Shown here piece after piece: positions 1 to 12,007 of a DNA stretch of 64,000 bases (position 1 is its first letter; each line of letters begins with the position of its first letter). The notes beneath the pieces were generated by a model. That model was not told where the DNA came from. It ran no database searches and was given only the letters and a program-made list of their open reading frames with translations. The stretch lies in assembly GCF_052425735.1 (NCBI RefSeq), contig NC_135760.1:4774001-4838000 (forward strand). Direction: 5' to 3'. The stretch comes from Oculina patagonica. Taxonomy: Eukaryota. The position numbers and the translations under genes were made by a program.

Positions 1-324
1 GTGTCAGACTTACGTGAACACTGTATCAAAGTGTTCAGTAGGGATGGGAATTTTCTGTACAAATTTGGAAAGAATGGGAAGGGAGTCGGAGAGTTCAATT
101 ACCCTGGTTACTTGTCAGTTAACAAAGCAGGACACCTGATGGTCTGTGATACAGACAATCACAGGGTTCAGGTCTTCGAACTGAACGGAAAGTTTGTAAC
201 AAAGTTTGGAACAAAAGGGAGCGGGATAGGAGAGTTTAATAAGCCATGCTCTACAGCAGTTCTTAGTGATGGTAGGATAGTTGTGTCTGACTGGCATAAT
301 CATCGAATTCAGATACTTCAGTAG
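1..324 (+). CDS. TRIM-NHL E3 ligase paralog 1, 3' end only (NHL blades 4-6; start lies upstream of the window)
   Basis: Open frame to TAG at 322-324; co-linear with the C-termini of the 24297 and 51013 copies. AATAAA at 883-888 is conserved in the paralog flanks. Confidence 0.9.
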   Translation: MSDLREHCIKVFSRDGNFLYKFGKNGKGVGEFNYPGYLSVNKAGHLMVCDTDNHRVQVFELNGKFVTKFGTKGSGIGEFNKPCSTAVLSDGRIVVSDWHNHRIQILQ

Positions 325-3299
325 CTTTGATATCCACTCACCTGTGAAGTAATTTCTTGAGTGATTCACATTTGCCATCAGTTAAATCTAGTGAAACGAT
401 TTTGAACTACTTGTCAACTTTTAGCCGTTTTGGGGGACTATGTCTATCTATAGTAAGTTACAAATTTGGAATGAAAGCTCCCAACCAAAAGTTTTTTTGA
501 AGTGTCAGAGATTTAAGACAGAAAACTGAGTTCTTTTGAATTGAAATGCCAGGGGGTTCTAAACAATGTTTTACCTAATTGTAGTAGATTAATTACTTGT
601 CACCGAGGTAATCTGTTTTAACTCGTAAGCCGAACAGTTAAAATTAAGTAAATTTTTGTAAATTTTTGTAAATTTAGTTTAGACCACTTGTCACAGAAAT
701 ATCTATGCATTGTAACCTATGTTTTGATCTGTATTTTTCAAAACAAAGTTTCAAAACATAAATTTGTTGCAAATAAGTAGTTTTATATGTTGTGACGTTA
801 ATTAATAATCTGCGTGACATTTACTGATCATGAGTTAAGAAAACCTGATCAATTGTAAGATTCGAAAAGGAAATGAAATGTGAATAAAATGTAGTTTTTT
901 CCAGAGGTTTAACTGGTGACCATGTTATTCTTGGGAGCAGTTTGTAAGGGGAGCTATATGATTACTTTTTAATTGGTTTGAAACAGAATCTTATCACCTA
1001 GCTAGATGATAAGCTCTTGATTTAAAACGATATCATGTACTGGATTGTACTGGATATAACCTGAGTATACTAGAGTCAATGAGCTATTTTAAAACAAGTT
1101 TGGATACTATTTTTCTAAAATTCATTCAATTTCCTAAAATCGAAATGGAAATTATTGGATGATTGAATTTCAGAAATTTGTTTGTAAATTTCAATATTTA
1201 TTGCTGCAGTGTGCTCTAAACAAAAAGTGCGTGACGCAGTTGATCGAGTGGAAACGTTGCCAGTAAACTTATTTTCTCACCACTTTAACCTTGAGAGAGA
1301 TTAAAAACTTAAATGACCAAGGTGTGTTAATTTTTGGCCAGTTTCGGGGTACCTCCGGATCTAATTCGTTATTCGTCAGTTGATACCAAAATACTGGAGA
1401 ATCCTGTACCAGTTGTTGTCACCTAGAGTAATAAGAGTATTATTCAAAATTTGCCTTAACTGAAATTAAGAATAAGGCCAAAAAAATTAACTATTACCTT
1501 ACTAGCTTACTAGGTTATCACAATTTTTTAGAATGAGATAAGAAGGCTAATTTACTTACCATGAAATTGCAAATCATGAGTAACATGTCCTTCTCTTCGC
1601 TTCATCTCGTTGGTCGAGGCCAGCGCGTGTCACGTTAGCCGATCGATAGGCATTGTGGGATGTTTATCGGTTTCATCGCCACTAACTAAGTTACACTGGC
1701 TGCCAATTTTATGCAGAATTGAGTTCAAAATACTTTTTATTAGTTTTTGGATTCTTTCAGTTTTGAGACTGGGACAAAATTATCCATTATCAGTGGTGGA
1801 TCTAGGGGAGGAGTCCGGGGGGTCCGCGCACCCATTTAATTTTATAGGGCAAACTGCAGTCCGAAAGGGTCGAGAAAAATTAATTTCGAGAGTGCCTCAC
1901 CCCTTATTTCAGGATGTGGATGACCCTTCCCACTTTAATCAATGGTCTCGATTTTACTTTTTGGTGGCGTGACAGTGAAAACCGGCAATACCAAAACACG
2001 AAACTTGCTTCTCAAACCTTTATTATTAATCACAACTTAAAGGTATCAGTGTTATCAATACAGAAATTAAAAGCACCCTGCCCGCTTGTACTAAATAAAG
2101 TTATTTTAAAGTTCTATTAATTCCACTTTGTCTTCGTGCAGCATAACAGCTAATCACTGGACCAGAATGTACCCCATGGCTTTGATATGTTTGTCTCCAT
2201 TATCCGGACCAATGGCAGCCTCGTTGCCACACGTGTTGGAGTCGTCCGTCGACCCTCCGGTCCCAAACCCGATCCTGGAGTCACAGCTATTGCAATCATT
2301 TTCTTGATTTCCAAGTATGTCAATTCTTGCTTTAGCGCACTGTTTACACCCACCGATAGAATTGAACCCTTCTTGGTTGCAGTTGGTTTGCAGTGAAGCC
2401 TCTGCGCCAATCAGAGTCTTCCATTTGTCTCGACCCAGGAACGTATCGCGATGCTCTCCGTCAGCAATCAGCGAGTACAGGGAGTTCGCGCTCTCTTCGA
2501 TAACGATAAAATTCCGTTGTCCGTTGACCTCCATACCAAGGCAGATCTTGGTGAAGGGCGTGTTCCAGTAAGTCGGTACCTTGACTTCGTTTGTTTCAAG
2601 TGCCATTGCCCCTACTGGGAGTCCGTAGTAGTTTTTGTCGCTCCAGTAGGACGAATCGTAATGAAACGTGTTCTGCGTAAAAGAGAAAAAACAAGAAATT
2701 AACCAGACTGAAAAGGATATATTGCATAGATCTTTGTCGAGATACCTTTCTTTTTCCTTTTTTTATTTACACCTTTTGCCGACCGGCCTTTCACTCACTC
2801 GCGCTGTTCTTTTAAACAACGCGCAAACCCTCACCTTTATCAATTAAGAAAACGTTCACTCCTCGTTTTCCTGGCAGCCGACGTGGCAGCCTCGCTCCTG
2901 ACCTCTCTCCAGTTTTTTCCTCGCGCACCAAATCCAACATGGCTTTCTTTTCCCTAGTCTCCCTTTGCGGCTTCACCGCTCGAGTGTCGCGGCTTCGCAG
3001 CTTGCTTGCTCGCTGGCCAGCACAGATTCCATCTTTAGAAAGAAACTCATCTTTACCGTGCTTACGGCATTTTGAAGCTGTTTTGAAACTAGATATTGCG
3101 CCTTCTCTGTTTAAGATTAACAATTAGAGCATTTCGCTAACAAATAACCGAATGTTTTACTGAAACAAAAAAAAATCCTACACAGAACCCGTAAAGGATC
3201 CATTAGGCATCCTGCCTTCATTTAAGAATCCTGTATCCCCCACCCCCTTCAATTACACCCCACGGTTTATTTAGGTAAAAACAACAGGACTGCAATCTT

Positions 3300-4093
3300 T
3301 TTGATGAAAAAACTACTTTCAACTGGGAACAAGCGTACCTCATGGCACCAAGTTATACCAAAAGCACCAAACTGATCGAGTTCCAGTTTAAACTTTTGCA
3401 TAGGCGCATACCAACAAACAAGTTCCTATTTAAAATAGAAAGAAAAGAAAACGAAAATTGCACTTTTTGTCACAGTGCCTCAGAATCATTAATCTACCAT
3501 TTTTGGTCGTGTAGCGTTACATCCTCCTTTTGGAAAAGAGTGACTGACTGGCTTCAGGAAAACCTCTCGATAACAGGCGAATTCACTTTATTGAATACAA
3601 CAGCATTGGGCCTGAGGCCAGAACCTCATTCAAAATATGCGCTTCAATTGAACTATGCTTTGTTGCTAGCGCGGTATCACATATGGAAAGTCAAATTAGA
3701 GGAAACCACACCAAATTTCGCACCTTTTCTACGTCTTGTAAAATCAAGATATGTATTAGAGACAAAAGCGGGTGACACAAAAAAATGGATGCCTTTTGCA
3801 GAATGTTTATAAAGAGTTTATCTCCTGTCCCCCTGACTAAAGGACTGTTATCTTTTTAGCAAAGCTGTAAACGCTCTTGTATTCATATATAGAAACTATC
3901 TCCCCTCCCCCCTGACTGACTAACTCATTGTAATTTTTCTAATGTATTTAAACCATTGTAATTAGGATTACCTACCTTTTATTTTTGCTGTATTTTACGT
4001 GCTTTAGTGTTTGTACTGTATACGTTATTTGTTTCTTTTTTGTGTTTGCAAGTGATCAATAAAAAAAATAAAAAAAAAAATAAAATAAAAAAA
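3300..4093 (+). mobile_element. L1/Tx1-type LINE, 3' fragment (C-terminal zinc knuckle, 3'UTR, A-rich tail) in a USOMP5-like intron
   Basis: ORF 3342-3812 contains FQFKLLHRRIPTN...CTFCHSASESLIYHFWSC; A-rich tail at 4058-4093. Confidence 0.85.
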
Positions 4094-4351
4094 GAGCAAC
4101 AGATAAATGACCGTTTAGATGCAATTCGTGTTTATTTGGATAAAAGTCAGATCGCGAGACCTTTTTACTCTTTAGAGCACACTGCATCTTCCTTTGAGCC
4201 ATCTCTCCCACCTCCGCCCCTTCTTGAGCCATCCGCTTTACATCTGCCCCCTCAAAAGTGCCTACGGGATAGAAAGGGCTCTCATGGGCTATTTAACATG
4301 GTACCCCGGCATGGAACTAGCCGGACGACCAGCCCTCCTCATCTTTACATA

Positions 4352-4865
4352 CAGTCGAAGCTCTCGTAAGCGGACACCCTCGGGACGCGAAAAAAGTGTC
4401 CGCAACTGGAGCTGGCCGCTTACGAGAGTGGTTCTCGTAAGCGGCCACTTGAGGTGTAGGGGATAAATGGCCGCTTACGGGAGCTTGCCCAACTAACATA
4501 ATGCTAATATGTATGTAAGTGGTGTTTCGAAATGTAACTGGACGTGGATGACGACAAAACAAACACTGTAATATGGTACTGTAAAATCATTGTGACGAAC
4601 GGTGATGTGCGGTTGATTGATAAAAACAAGATACAAAGGTTGTTAATAGGATTTTCTTTGGGGTGTCCGTTTACGGGAGGCTTAAAAACAAAGAAAAAGT
4701 CTAAGTCGTAATCTCTGAAAGTGTCCGCGGCCGCCTACGGGAATGTCCGCTTACGAGAATGTAAAAATACAGAGTTTGTATGGGAGCTAAAATGGGGTTT
4801 CAAAAAATGCGGCCGTAAATAGAGCTGTCCGCTTACGAGAGTGTCCGTTAAGAGAGCTTCGACTG
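4352..4865. mobile_element. Tc1/mariner (pogo-like) MITE
   Basis: Terminal inverted repeat (TIR) CAGTCGAAGCTCTC...GAGAGCTTCGACTG with TA on both sides; absent from the paralogous intron (~29290). Confidence 0.85.
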
Positions 4866-5094
4866 TACTCACTAACTTTGTCCTCTCTTCCCGTAGTTCA
4901 TCAAAGAAGATGAAAACAACAACATCAACAAAAACAGAAAAGCAACATAAAAAAACTGGAGAGGAGGGGACAGAGGGAAAAGAGAGACCGTTCGTAGTCT
5001 ATTATGTATGTTACCTGGAAGCCGTTTATCTTCATCACCAGTGTCCATCCTCCACCACCGCATTCACCAAGGCCGGCGTCACTCATGTGACAAT

Positions 5095-5323
5095 AGGGAC
5101 CTTCAGATCGGAGTACGAGTACGAGATTGAGTACGAGTACGAATTTTCAAGCTGGTGTTTACGCATTTGATTATCACATTTCACACTAATCTTGTACCAA
5201 TATTCTTTATTTCAACTGGTCGGAAACAGGGAGGAGTGAGGGCTCTACGAACCTAACCGGATTGAAATTCGGAAGTCGTACTTGTAGTCGAATTTGTACT
5301 CGTAGTCAAATCTGAAGGTCGCT
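5095..5323. mobile_element. MITE with 3-bp AAT TSD (PIF/Harbinger-related type) inserted in a coding exon
   Basis: Imperfect ~30-bp TIR AGGGACCTTCAGAT/ATCTGAAGGTCGCT; AAT at 5092-5094 and 5324-5326. Removing it restores the frame (KISVNCHM). Confidence 0.9.
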
Positions 5324-6324
5324 AATTTACAGAGATTTTTCCAACATCCTGCATCGTCAGATTGTAAGGTTGATCCTTTTGAGCCCTGAAAGATCGTCAA
5401 TAAAAACCGATTTGACTTGGCTACAAAAAATTCTATACGTTAAAATTATTTCATACGAAAGGTGAATGAACTGAAGATGCGAAGCCTAGTCGCTAGGAAC
5501 TTTTCTTTATCGTATTTTATGACAGCGCAGAAGTGAAGTAACCGCTTATGATAAAGTCCAAACTCCCTCAGTTCCCTGAGCCAAGAACGCTAAGGCGTCC
5601 AAGACTCTAGTTAATTTGGAGGCAAGTCCATGTGGCAATTAAAAATGACAAAGATAGAAAAAAGGCAAGAACATAATGTGTGCGTTGAACACATTTTTAG
5701 AACTCCTCACACTATTTCAATTAAGAAAAGGTAAGAACAGTCTGCGGCAGACTTGAAGATCAAACTATTTAACAACCTGCTAAGAAAGAACCCTGAGACT
5801 TCAACAGTTGGGTAAAATTTTAACGTTCTGACTGATGAATTTAAAAATGAGCCCCTACAAATAACACACTTATGCAATTATGGCACACTTATAAACCGTT
5901 ATCTTAAATAAACTTTTTTTTAGGGGGAGGGGGAGAGGGGAGGTAGGGAACAGGTCGATCAGACTAACGCCCTTCTTTTGTTAATCATAGAACCATTAAT
6001 CGAAAAAACGGGAAGTTGGTTCAAAACAAGTAAAAGTCAGCAAAACTTACTTAGACTTGTCATAAATCTCTTTGTATGTAGCTGCTGGTTCTGGTGAACC
6101 TCCCTCACAGGGGGAGAGCTAGACCACTAAATGGACTCTGGTACCTGTCAGGGCTTTCAAAACGGCCGACCTGCATTGCCAGAGTGTTCTAAGCAAATGA
6201 TTTGAACAATCTTTGGGCTGACTTGTTTTGTTCGGCGGCCACGCATCACCAGTTTAAAAAAGATGGTTAATTACTGGCCCATGCCCCTACCGCTGGGGAT
6301 TTGTTTTGTATCGTTTGGTTTTGT

Positions 6325-6749
6325 CCCGGGGGGGGGGGGTACTCCCATACATGGGCTATATAAGTATGTGCCGCGGGACAGGGTATGGTTTTTGAGGTTC
6401 TTACTCCTTATTCCTTATATGGGGTATCATTTCTGCTCCTTTTAGCATTGTGTTCCCACCTAAATTCTATCAGCTAAAACAAACGCCCAGCTAAACGAAA
6501 AAAACTGAACTATCCGTTCAAATATTAGTAAAGCGATTTAATAAAGATTTGTGTTTTGCCGGGCCCAGTTAGCCGTTATTTGGGTCGTCACGGAACGCTT
6601 CTCCTCCCCTTGAAAAGGGTGTCATTTTTCGGTTTTGGGCCTTATAGCTTAAGAAGGGTATCAATTTTTTGCTTTCTTTATCCGGCTTTAAGTACCTTTG
6701 CGGCACCCCCCGTCCGAAATTTATGGGAGTATTCCCCATCCCCGGGGGG
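6325..6749. mobile_element. MITE with CCCGGG(G)nTACTCCC-type ends
   Basis: Inverted ends CCCGGGGGGGGGGGGTACTCCCATA / TATGGGAGTATTCCCCATCCCCGGG; absent from the paralogous site at ~50540. Confidence 0.75.
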
Positions 6750-7046
6750 CGTTTGTTTCGTTTTCGGTCAAGTTTAACCGGTTAAACTGGGATCGTGCGA
6801 ACCTGCACGGTGTAATCATTTGTGAATATTTCAGAGAACATAAGCAGCATCTTTTTGCTTTCAAATGCGTTTATGCTACGTTTTTAACCTCTCTTCTAAT
6901 TCTACTTGGTTTATGTTTTATATTATGAAAAAGGCAAGGACTGAAACTGTGTGATTATCCATGCGAAAGGAGGACTGGTTATGCAGATTATGTTTCAGTG
7001 TTTTGCATTCTTTGAAGCTGCAAAGGTCACGCTATTTTGATCACAA

Positions 7047-7089
7047 TTCTTAGAAATCTTGGCAGTCAGTCTGTAAACAATTCTTAGAA
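7047..7089. promoter_or_regulatory. Tandem GAS/STAT-type sites (TTCTTAGAA x2) with a forkhead-like GTAAACA between them
   Basis: TTCTTAGAA at 7047-7055 and 7081-7089; the same pair lies upstream of the other two TRIM 5' regions. Confidence 0.5.
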
Positions 7090-7281
7090 GTCAGACAGTG
7101 CCTCTCGTCAAACCTCTTGTGAAGCCTTTTTAGAACGAAGTCCAAGCGCTGAGATCGTGCAGAAACTCGCAATAAACACAATCATCTTTCAGAAAGGAGT
7201 CGGCGATGAACAAGAAGAAGTGGATCGGACTGTGACCTTCAAGTCCTTCGTCAATTCATTTTCGTACAAATTAAAACATTA

Positions 7282-8475
7282 ATGGAGAAAGCAGAAACTG
7301 ATAGAATCGGCTCTTTCAAAACATTCATTAGCAAAACTGAAGCTCAGCAATCAAGTGCCGAAGGAAAAGGAATCAGTGAGGCGACTGTTGGACTTGAAAC
7401 ACAGTTGGTGTTGATAACAAGAAATGCTAAAGGAGAACAATGTTACGAAGAACGTGACTCGGTAACAGTGGACATTAGAAATCAAGGCCATGACTGTACA
7501 ACGAAAGTGCGAGTCCAAGATAACAGGGATGGCACCTACAAGATCAGCTATTTTGGCAAAGAAACCGGAAAATGCGACGTATCAGTGAAGGTAAATGATG
7601 AACACATCCGCGGCAGCCCTTTTGATGTTCAAGTGAAACCCAGACAGTACAGACTCGTGTTATCTTTTGGACAATACGGTTCGTCTGCTGGAATGCTTTT
7701 TGGTCCTCGGGGGCTGGCAGTGAATGAACGCGACGAAATTGCAGTGACTGGGATTGGTAACGACAGTGTTCAGGTATTCAATAGCGATGGGACTCACTTG
7801 AGGTCGTTTGGTAGAAAAGGTGGCAGACAGGACGAACTTAACTGGCCTTTCGGCATAGCTTTTTATACAAATAGTAATATTATAGTAGCGGACACTGGTA
7901 GACACCAAATCAAAGTTTTTAGTGAGCAGGGTGAGTACCTGAACCAGTTTGGTGAACAAGGAAGTCTTGATCACCAGTTTAAGTATCCTTTTGGTTTATC
8001 CGTTGACAGCGATGGCAATATTATTGTTGCTGATTCAGATAACAAATTGATCAAGATATTTTCTCCTAGCGGCCAGTTTTTGCGTAAAATTGGTGGTAAA
8101 GGCTCTTTCACCCATCCCATTCACTGTGTCGAATATGACAAGTATCTTATAGTGTCAGACAGGGATGAACACTGTATCAAAGTGTTCAGTAGGGATGGGA
8201 ATTTTCTGTACAAATTTGGAAAGAAGGGAGAGCGAGATGGAGAGTTCAAATTCCCTTGTTACTTGTCAGTTAACGAAGCAGGACACCTGATGGTCTGTGA
8301 TTCATGCAATCACAGGGTTCAGGTTTTCGAACTGAGTGGAAAGCTTGTAACAAAGTTTGGAACAGAAGGTAGCGCGTTAGGAGAGTTTAATAATCCATGC
8401 TCTACAGCTGTTCTTAGTGATGGTAGGATAGCTGTGTCTGACACGTTTAATGATCGAATTCAGATATTTCAGTAA
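7282..8475 (+). CDS. TRIM-NHL paralog 2, N-terminally deleted (filamin domain plus 6 NHL repeats; possibly a pseudogene)
   Basis: 397-aa open frame. Upstream, promoter sequence joins directly at 7120-7122 to a frameshifted coiled-coil remnant, so ~1 kb including the start codon, RING and B-boxes is missing. Confidence 0.7.
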   Translation: MEKAETDRIGSFKTFISKTEAQQSSAEGKGISEATVGLETQLVLITRNAKGEQCYEERDSVTVDIRNQGHDCTTKVRVQDNRDGTYKISYFGKETGKCDVSVKVNDEHIRGSPFDVQVKPRQYRLVLSFGQYGSSAGMLFGPRGLAVNERDEIAVTGIGNDSVQVFNSDGTHLRSFGRKGGRQDELNWPFGIAFYTNSNIIVADTGRHQIKVFSEQGEYLNQFGEQGSLDHQFKYPFGLSVDSDGNIIVADSDNKLIKIFSPSGQFLRKIGGKGSFTHPIHCVEYDKYLIVSDRDEHCIKVFSRDGNFLYKFGKKGERDGEFKFPCYLSVNEAGHLMVCDSCNHRVQVFELSGKLVTKFGTEGSALGEFNNPCSTAVLSDGRIAVSDTFNDRIQIFQ

Positions 8476-8640
8476 CTATGATATCCACGAATCAATTTTG
8501 ATACATATTTGCAATCAGTTAAATTGAGAGAAAGGCTATTTTAACTGTCTTGTCAACAAATTTCAGCTATTTTGAAAGTATTTTGCAGGGAGTTAAGACT
8601 AAAATCTGAGAAAACCAGGAATTCATCTTGAAGTTTGTTT

Positions 8641-11600
8641 GAGTTTCTAAAGTCCAATGGCAGGTCGATAGTACTTAAGGTGAGAATAAAAGACAAAAAT
8701 TATTTATTAGTAAATATTTATGGTCCAAATAAAGATGCAGAGGCAGTTCGATTTTATCAAAATCTGTCGGCAACATTGCGAGAAATGGATCCTGACAGTG
8801 ATGACAATATCATCATAGGCGGAGATTTCAACTGTCCTTTAAATCCAACCTTGACAAAAAGGGTGGAATACTAATTCCACGCCAACATGTGATCAATTCA
8901 ATAGAAAACATTCAAAATGAATTTAGTCTTCATGATATATGGCGTATTAAAAATCCGAACACTTGTAGCTTCACATGGAGCAAAAGCCACCCTTTCATCT
9001 TTTGCAGACTTGACTACTGGTTAATTTCAGACAAGTTAAATGACTTAGTTACGCATGTTGATATTCAAGCTTCAATAAAAACTGACCACTCGTCCATAAT
9101 ATTAGAACTAGAAGATATTAAAGATAGTCAACGGGGACCAGGTTTCTGGAAACTAAACACTTCCCTGCTGGCCAGGCCTGATTATGTTGAGATGATAAGT
9201 AAAGAATTACCCAATTGGCTGGAAGATGCAAGAGATCTGTCAGACAAGCGAGCAAAATGGGACTGGCTTAAATTTAAAATCAAAACTAGCTCAATTATTT
9301 ATTCAAAGCAGCTGTCAAAAGACCGACAGAGAAGGGAGGAAGAACTTAACGCCAGGCATCAAGACATGCTCTATAGTAAACAAAAAGTAAATCTAAACGG
9401 TGATGAAGCTAATTTCTTCTTTCAAAATCCAAATTTAAAAAGACTCTCCGAGGAATTAAGCACAAATTGTGAGGGAGAAATAACTCTTCAGGAATGCGAA
9501 AATATATTAGGCTCTTTTCACACGGGCAAAACGCCCGGGAACGATGGAATTCCAATAGAATTTTATAAAGCATTCTGGCCTTTATTAGGCAAATTTATGG
9601 TTGATTCATTTAATGAGGCTTTTTACAAAAAGGAAATGTCTCACTCACAGAAACAAGCTGTTATAACACTTATTGAAAAGAAAGGAAAAGAAAGAAACTA
9701 TCTTGAAAACTGGAGACCAATATCATTGACTAATGTAGACGCGAAAATTGCATCTAAAGTAATTGCAGCTAGAGTTATTAAAGTCCTACCGGAAATAATT
9801 CACTGCAATCAGACCGGTTATGTAAAGGGTAGGTTCATTGGCGAAGCAGCAAGATCAATTATAGATATTATGGACTATACAAAGAAGCAAAATATACCAG
9901 GTATATTACTTTTTATTGACTTCGAAAAGGCATTTGATAGCATCGATTGGGAATTCATGTTAAAGTGCTTAGACGTGTTTGGTTTTGGACCTAGTTTTAA
10001 AGGATGGGTAGAAACATTTTATAAAAATATATCTAGCTGTGTGATAAATAATGGGATGTGCACATCTTACTTCGATGTACAGAGAGGAGTCAGGCAGGGC
10101 GACCCATTATCACCATATCTCTTTATTATTGCAGCTGAAATTTTAGCTACTGCGATTCGAAGTAAAACAGAAATTCAAGGACTTAAAATAGGGCGAGAGG
10201 AATTTAAATTCGTACAATATGCTGACGACCTCACTGTGTTTGTGCCAAATCTTGATTGTGTACAACGTACCTTTCATTTGCTAGATCAATTTGAAACTTG
10301 TTCGGGTTTAAAGGTCAATTATACCAAAACTGAAGCTATGTGGATTGGCTCTTGTCGAAATAATACAGCGGCACCTTTGGGACTTAAATGGGTAAATACA
10401 GTGAAGGCACTTGGAATAGTTTTTACATATAACGAAACTGAACAATTGCAGAAAAACTTTTGTGAAAAACTAAAAGATATTAAGTTGCACACGCGGTTAT
10501 GGCGTTGCAGAGGTCTCTCACTGCTTGGAAAAGTTACAATAATTAAATCCTTTTTGCTTTCGAAGATGATATATGTATTCTCAGTTCTCCCAACTCCACA
10601 AGATTTCATCAAGCAGATTAACACTATTATATATAACTTCCTATGGAATGGGCCTGACAAAATAGCACGAGCAGCAACAATTAATGACATTAAATTTGGA
10701 GGGCTAAGGCTGATAGATGTAGAAACTTCAATTAAATCTTTAAGATTAGCCTGGCTTGGTAGAATATTTTCTGAGGGCTCTGCACCATGGAAAGCTTATA
10801 TTAATCAAATGCTTGACAGTTACGGTGGCACTTTTCTATTGAGATGTAATTATGATGTTAACGATTACAACTTTCAATGCCCTTTCTATAGCGAATTTCT
10901 CCAATGGTGGGCTGACTTTAGAAATGATTCCTCTACCAGGCCTCTTATATCTGAGCGTATAATCTGGAACAATAAGCTAATTAAAATAGATGGTAAGAGT
11001 ATATATTTTGACAATTACGTTAAAGCTGGAATCATTCTAACCAATCAGATGCAATTTAATAAGGATAACGTGGAATCATATAATAGGGCAAAAAATGAAG
11101 GGTTGAGACACACAAATTTTTTAACGTGGTCAGGGATTCGATGTGCAATTCCCACCCACTTAAAAGCCTTAGATGGAAATGAAAGTGAAATAGATTCACT
11201 AACATTTCATTTTAATGAAAAGCTACTTGACCCAGTAACTTGTAAAAGTAAGCAATTCTATGAACTGCTACTCTCAAAAAGGGCAACGGTATCGAGGGGT
11301 TTTAATAAACTTAAAGAAGATTTTGGATTAGATGATACAACTGTGTCAAAGGCTTTTCTTAATTTAAAGTCTATTTTATCGGAAACCTTTGTTAGAAGTT
11401 TTCAATTTAAACTGTTAAATGATATTACATTCACTAATACGCGGTTAGCAAAAATCGGTTATGTTCCAAATGATACTTGTACATTTTGTAAAAACGAGTC
11501 AGAAACAGTATATCATTTATTCTACCACTGCTCTTTGACACATCTCTTTTGGGAACACTTTAAAAATTCCTGGTTTGTATTAACAGGCCAACAGGAGGAA

Positions 11601-12007
11601 CTTACGCTAAAAGACGTGTTCATTGGGAAAATAGAAAAAAGTGATTTGTTGAATTATTTTTTAATTCTAGCAAAATTGCATATCTGGTTGAGTCGAAAAC
11701 ATTCAAAAATCCCAAATATTGATGTATTTAAAGAACTAGTTGATCTAAAATATAGAACTGAGAAGTATATAGCAGTAAAAAATAATATGCAGAGCAAATT
11801 TCAGACTAGATGGCATTTATATATAAGTAATAATAGCTAAATCATAAGTTCTTACGAGTAAGATAATGGTAAATAGATAAGATAGTACATAGGTATATTG
11901 TAACGGTGTCATTGGTATATATGCACCGCAAATTTATATATGAGACTGTAAAATTGTAAAATTTCTGTTTGCAAAACAATGGCAATAAATATGTGGAAAA
12001 AAAAAAA
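8641..12007 (+). mobile_element. 5'-truncated L1/Tx1-clade LINE (APE endonuclease C-terminal part, RT, zinc knuckle)
   Basis: Motifs GGDFN, RLDY, TDH, PGNDG, QGDPLSP, YADD and CTFC..ETVYHLFYHC; AATAAA at 11984 plus poly(A); 16-bp TSD ATCTTGAAGTTTGTTT at 8625-8640 and 12008-12023; 1-nt frameshift at ~8853. Confidence 0.95.

Larger units (their letters stand above)
1..6100 (+). repeat. Segmental duplication, paralogous to ~26229-30190 (TRIM 3' end plus convergent USOMP5-like gene)
   Basis: Co-linear coding, intergenic and intronic similarity, differing by TE insertions. Confidence 0.9.
2154..6100 (-). pseudogene. USOMP5-like (uncharacterized skeletal organic matrix protein 5-like, fibrinogen-related-type domain) pseudogene; exons ~6100-6051, 5385-5015 (MITE-interrupted), 2672-2154
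   Basis: Last exon open (NTFHYDSSYW...KHIKAMGYILVQ*) and GT-AG sites match the intact paralog at 28430-32678. Exon 3 carries a net 232-bp insertion (frameshift). In exon 2, SCKEI has become TYKEI. No exon 1 found. Confidence 0.85.

Noticed and set aside
5095-5323. MITE acting as a spliceable Introner
   Set aside because: The obvious GT (GTAAAT) and AG (CTGAAG) pair on the coding strand would leave the exon out of frame.
8889-11840. RT as part of a diversity-generating retroelement diversifying the NHL domains
   Set aside because: It is an ordinary L1/Tx1 ORF2 with TSD and poly(A). NHL variation is not adenine-specific and no template repeat is present.
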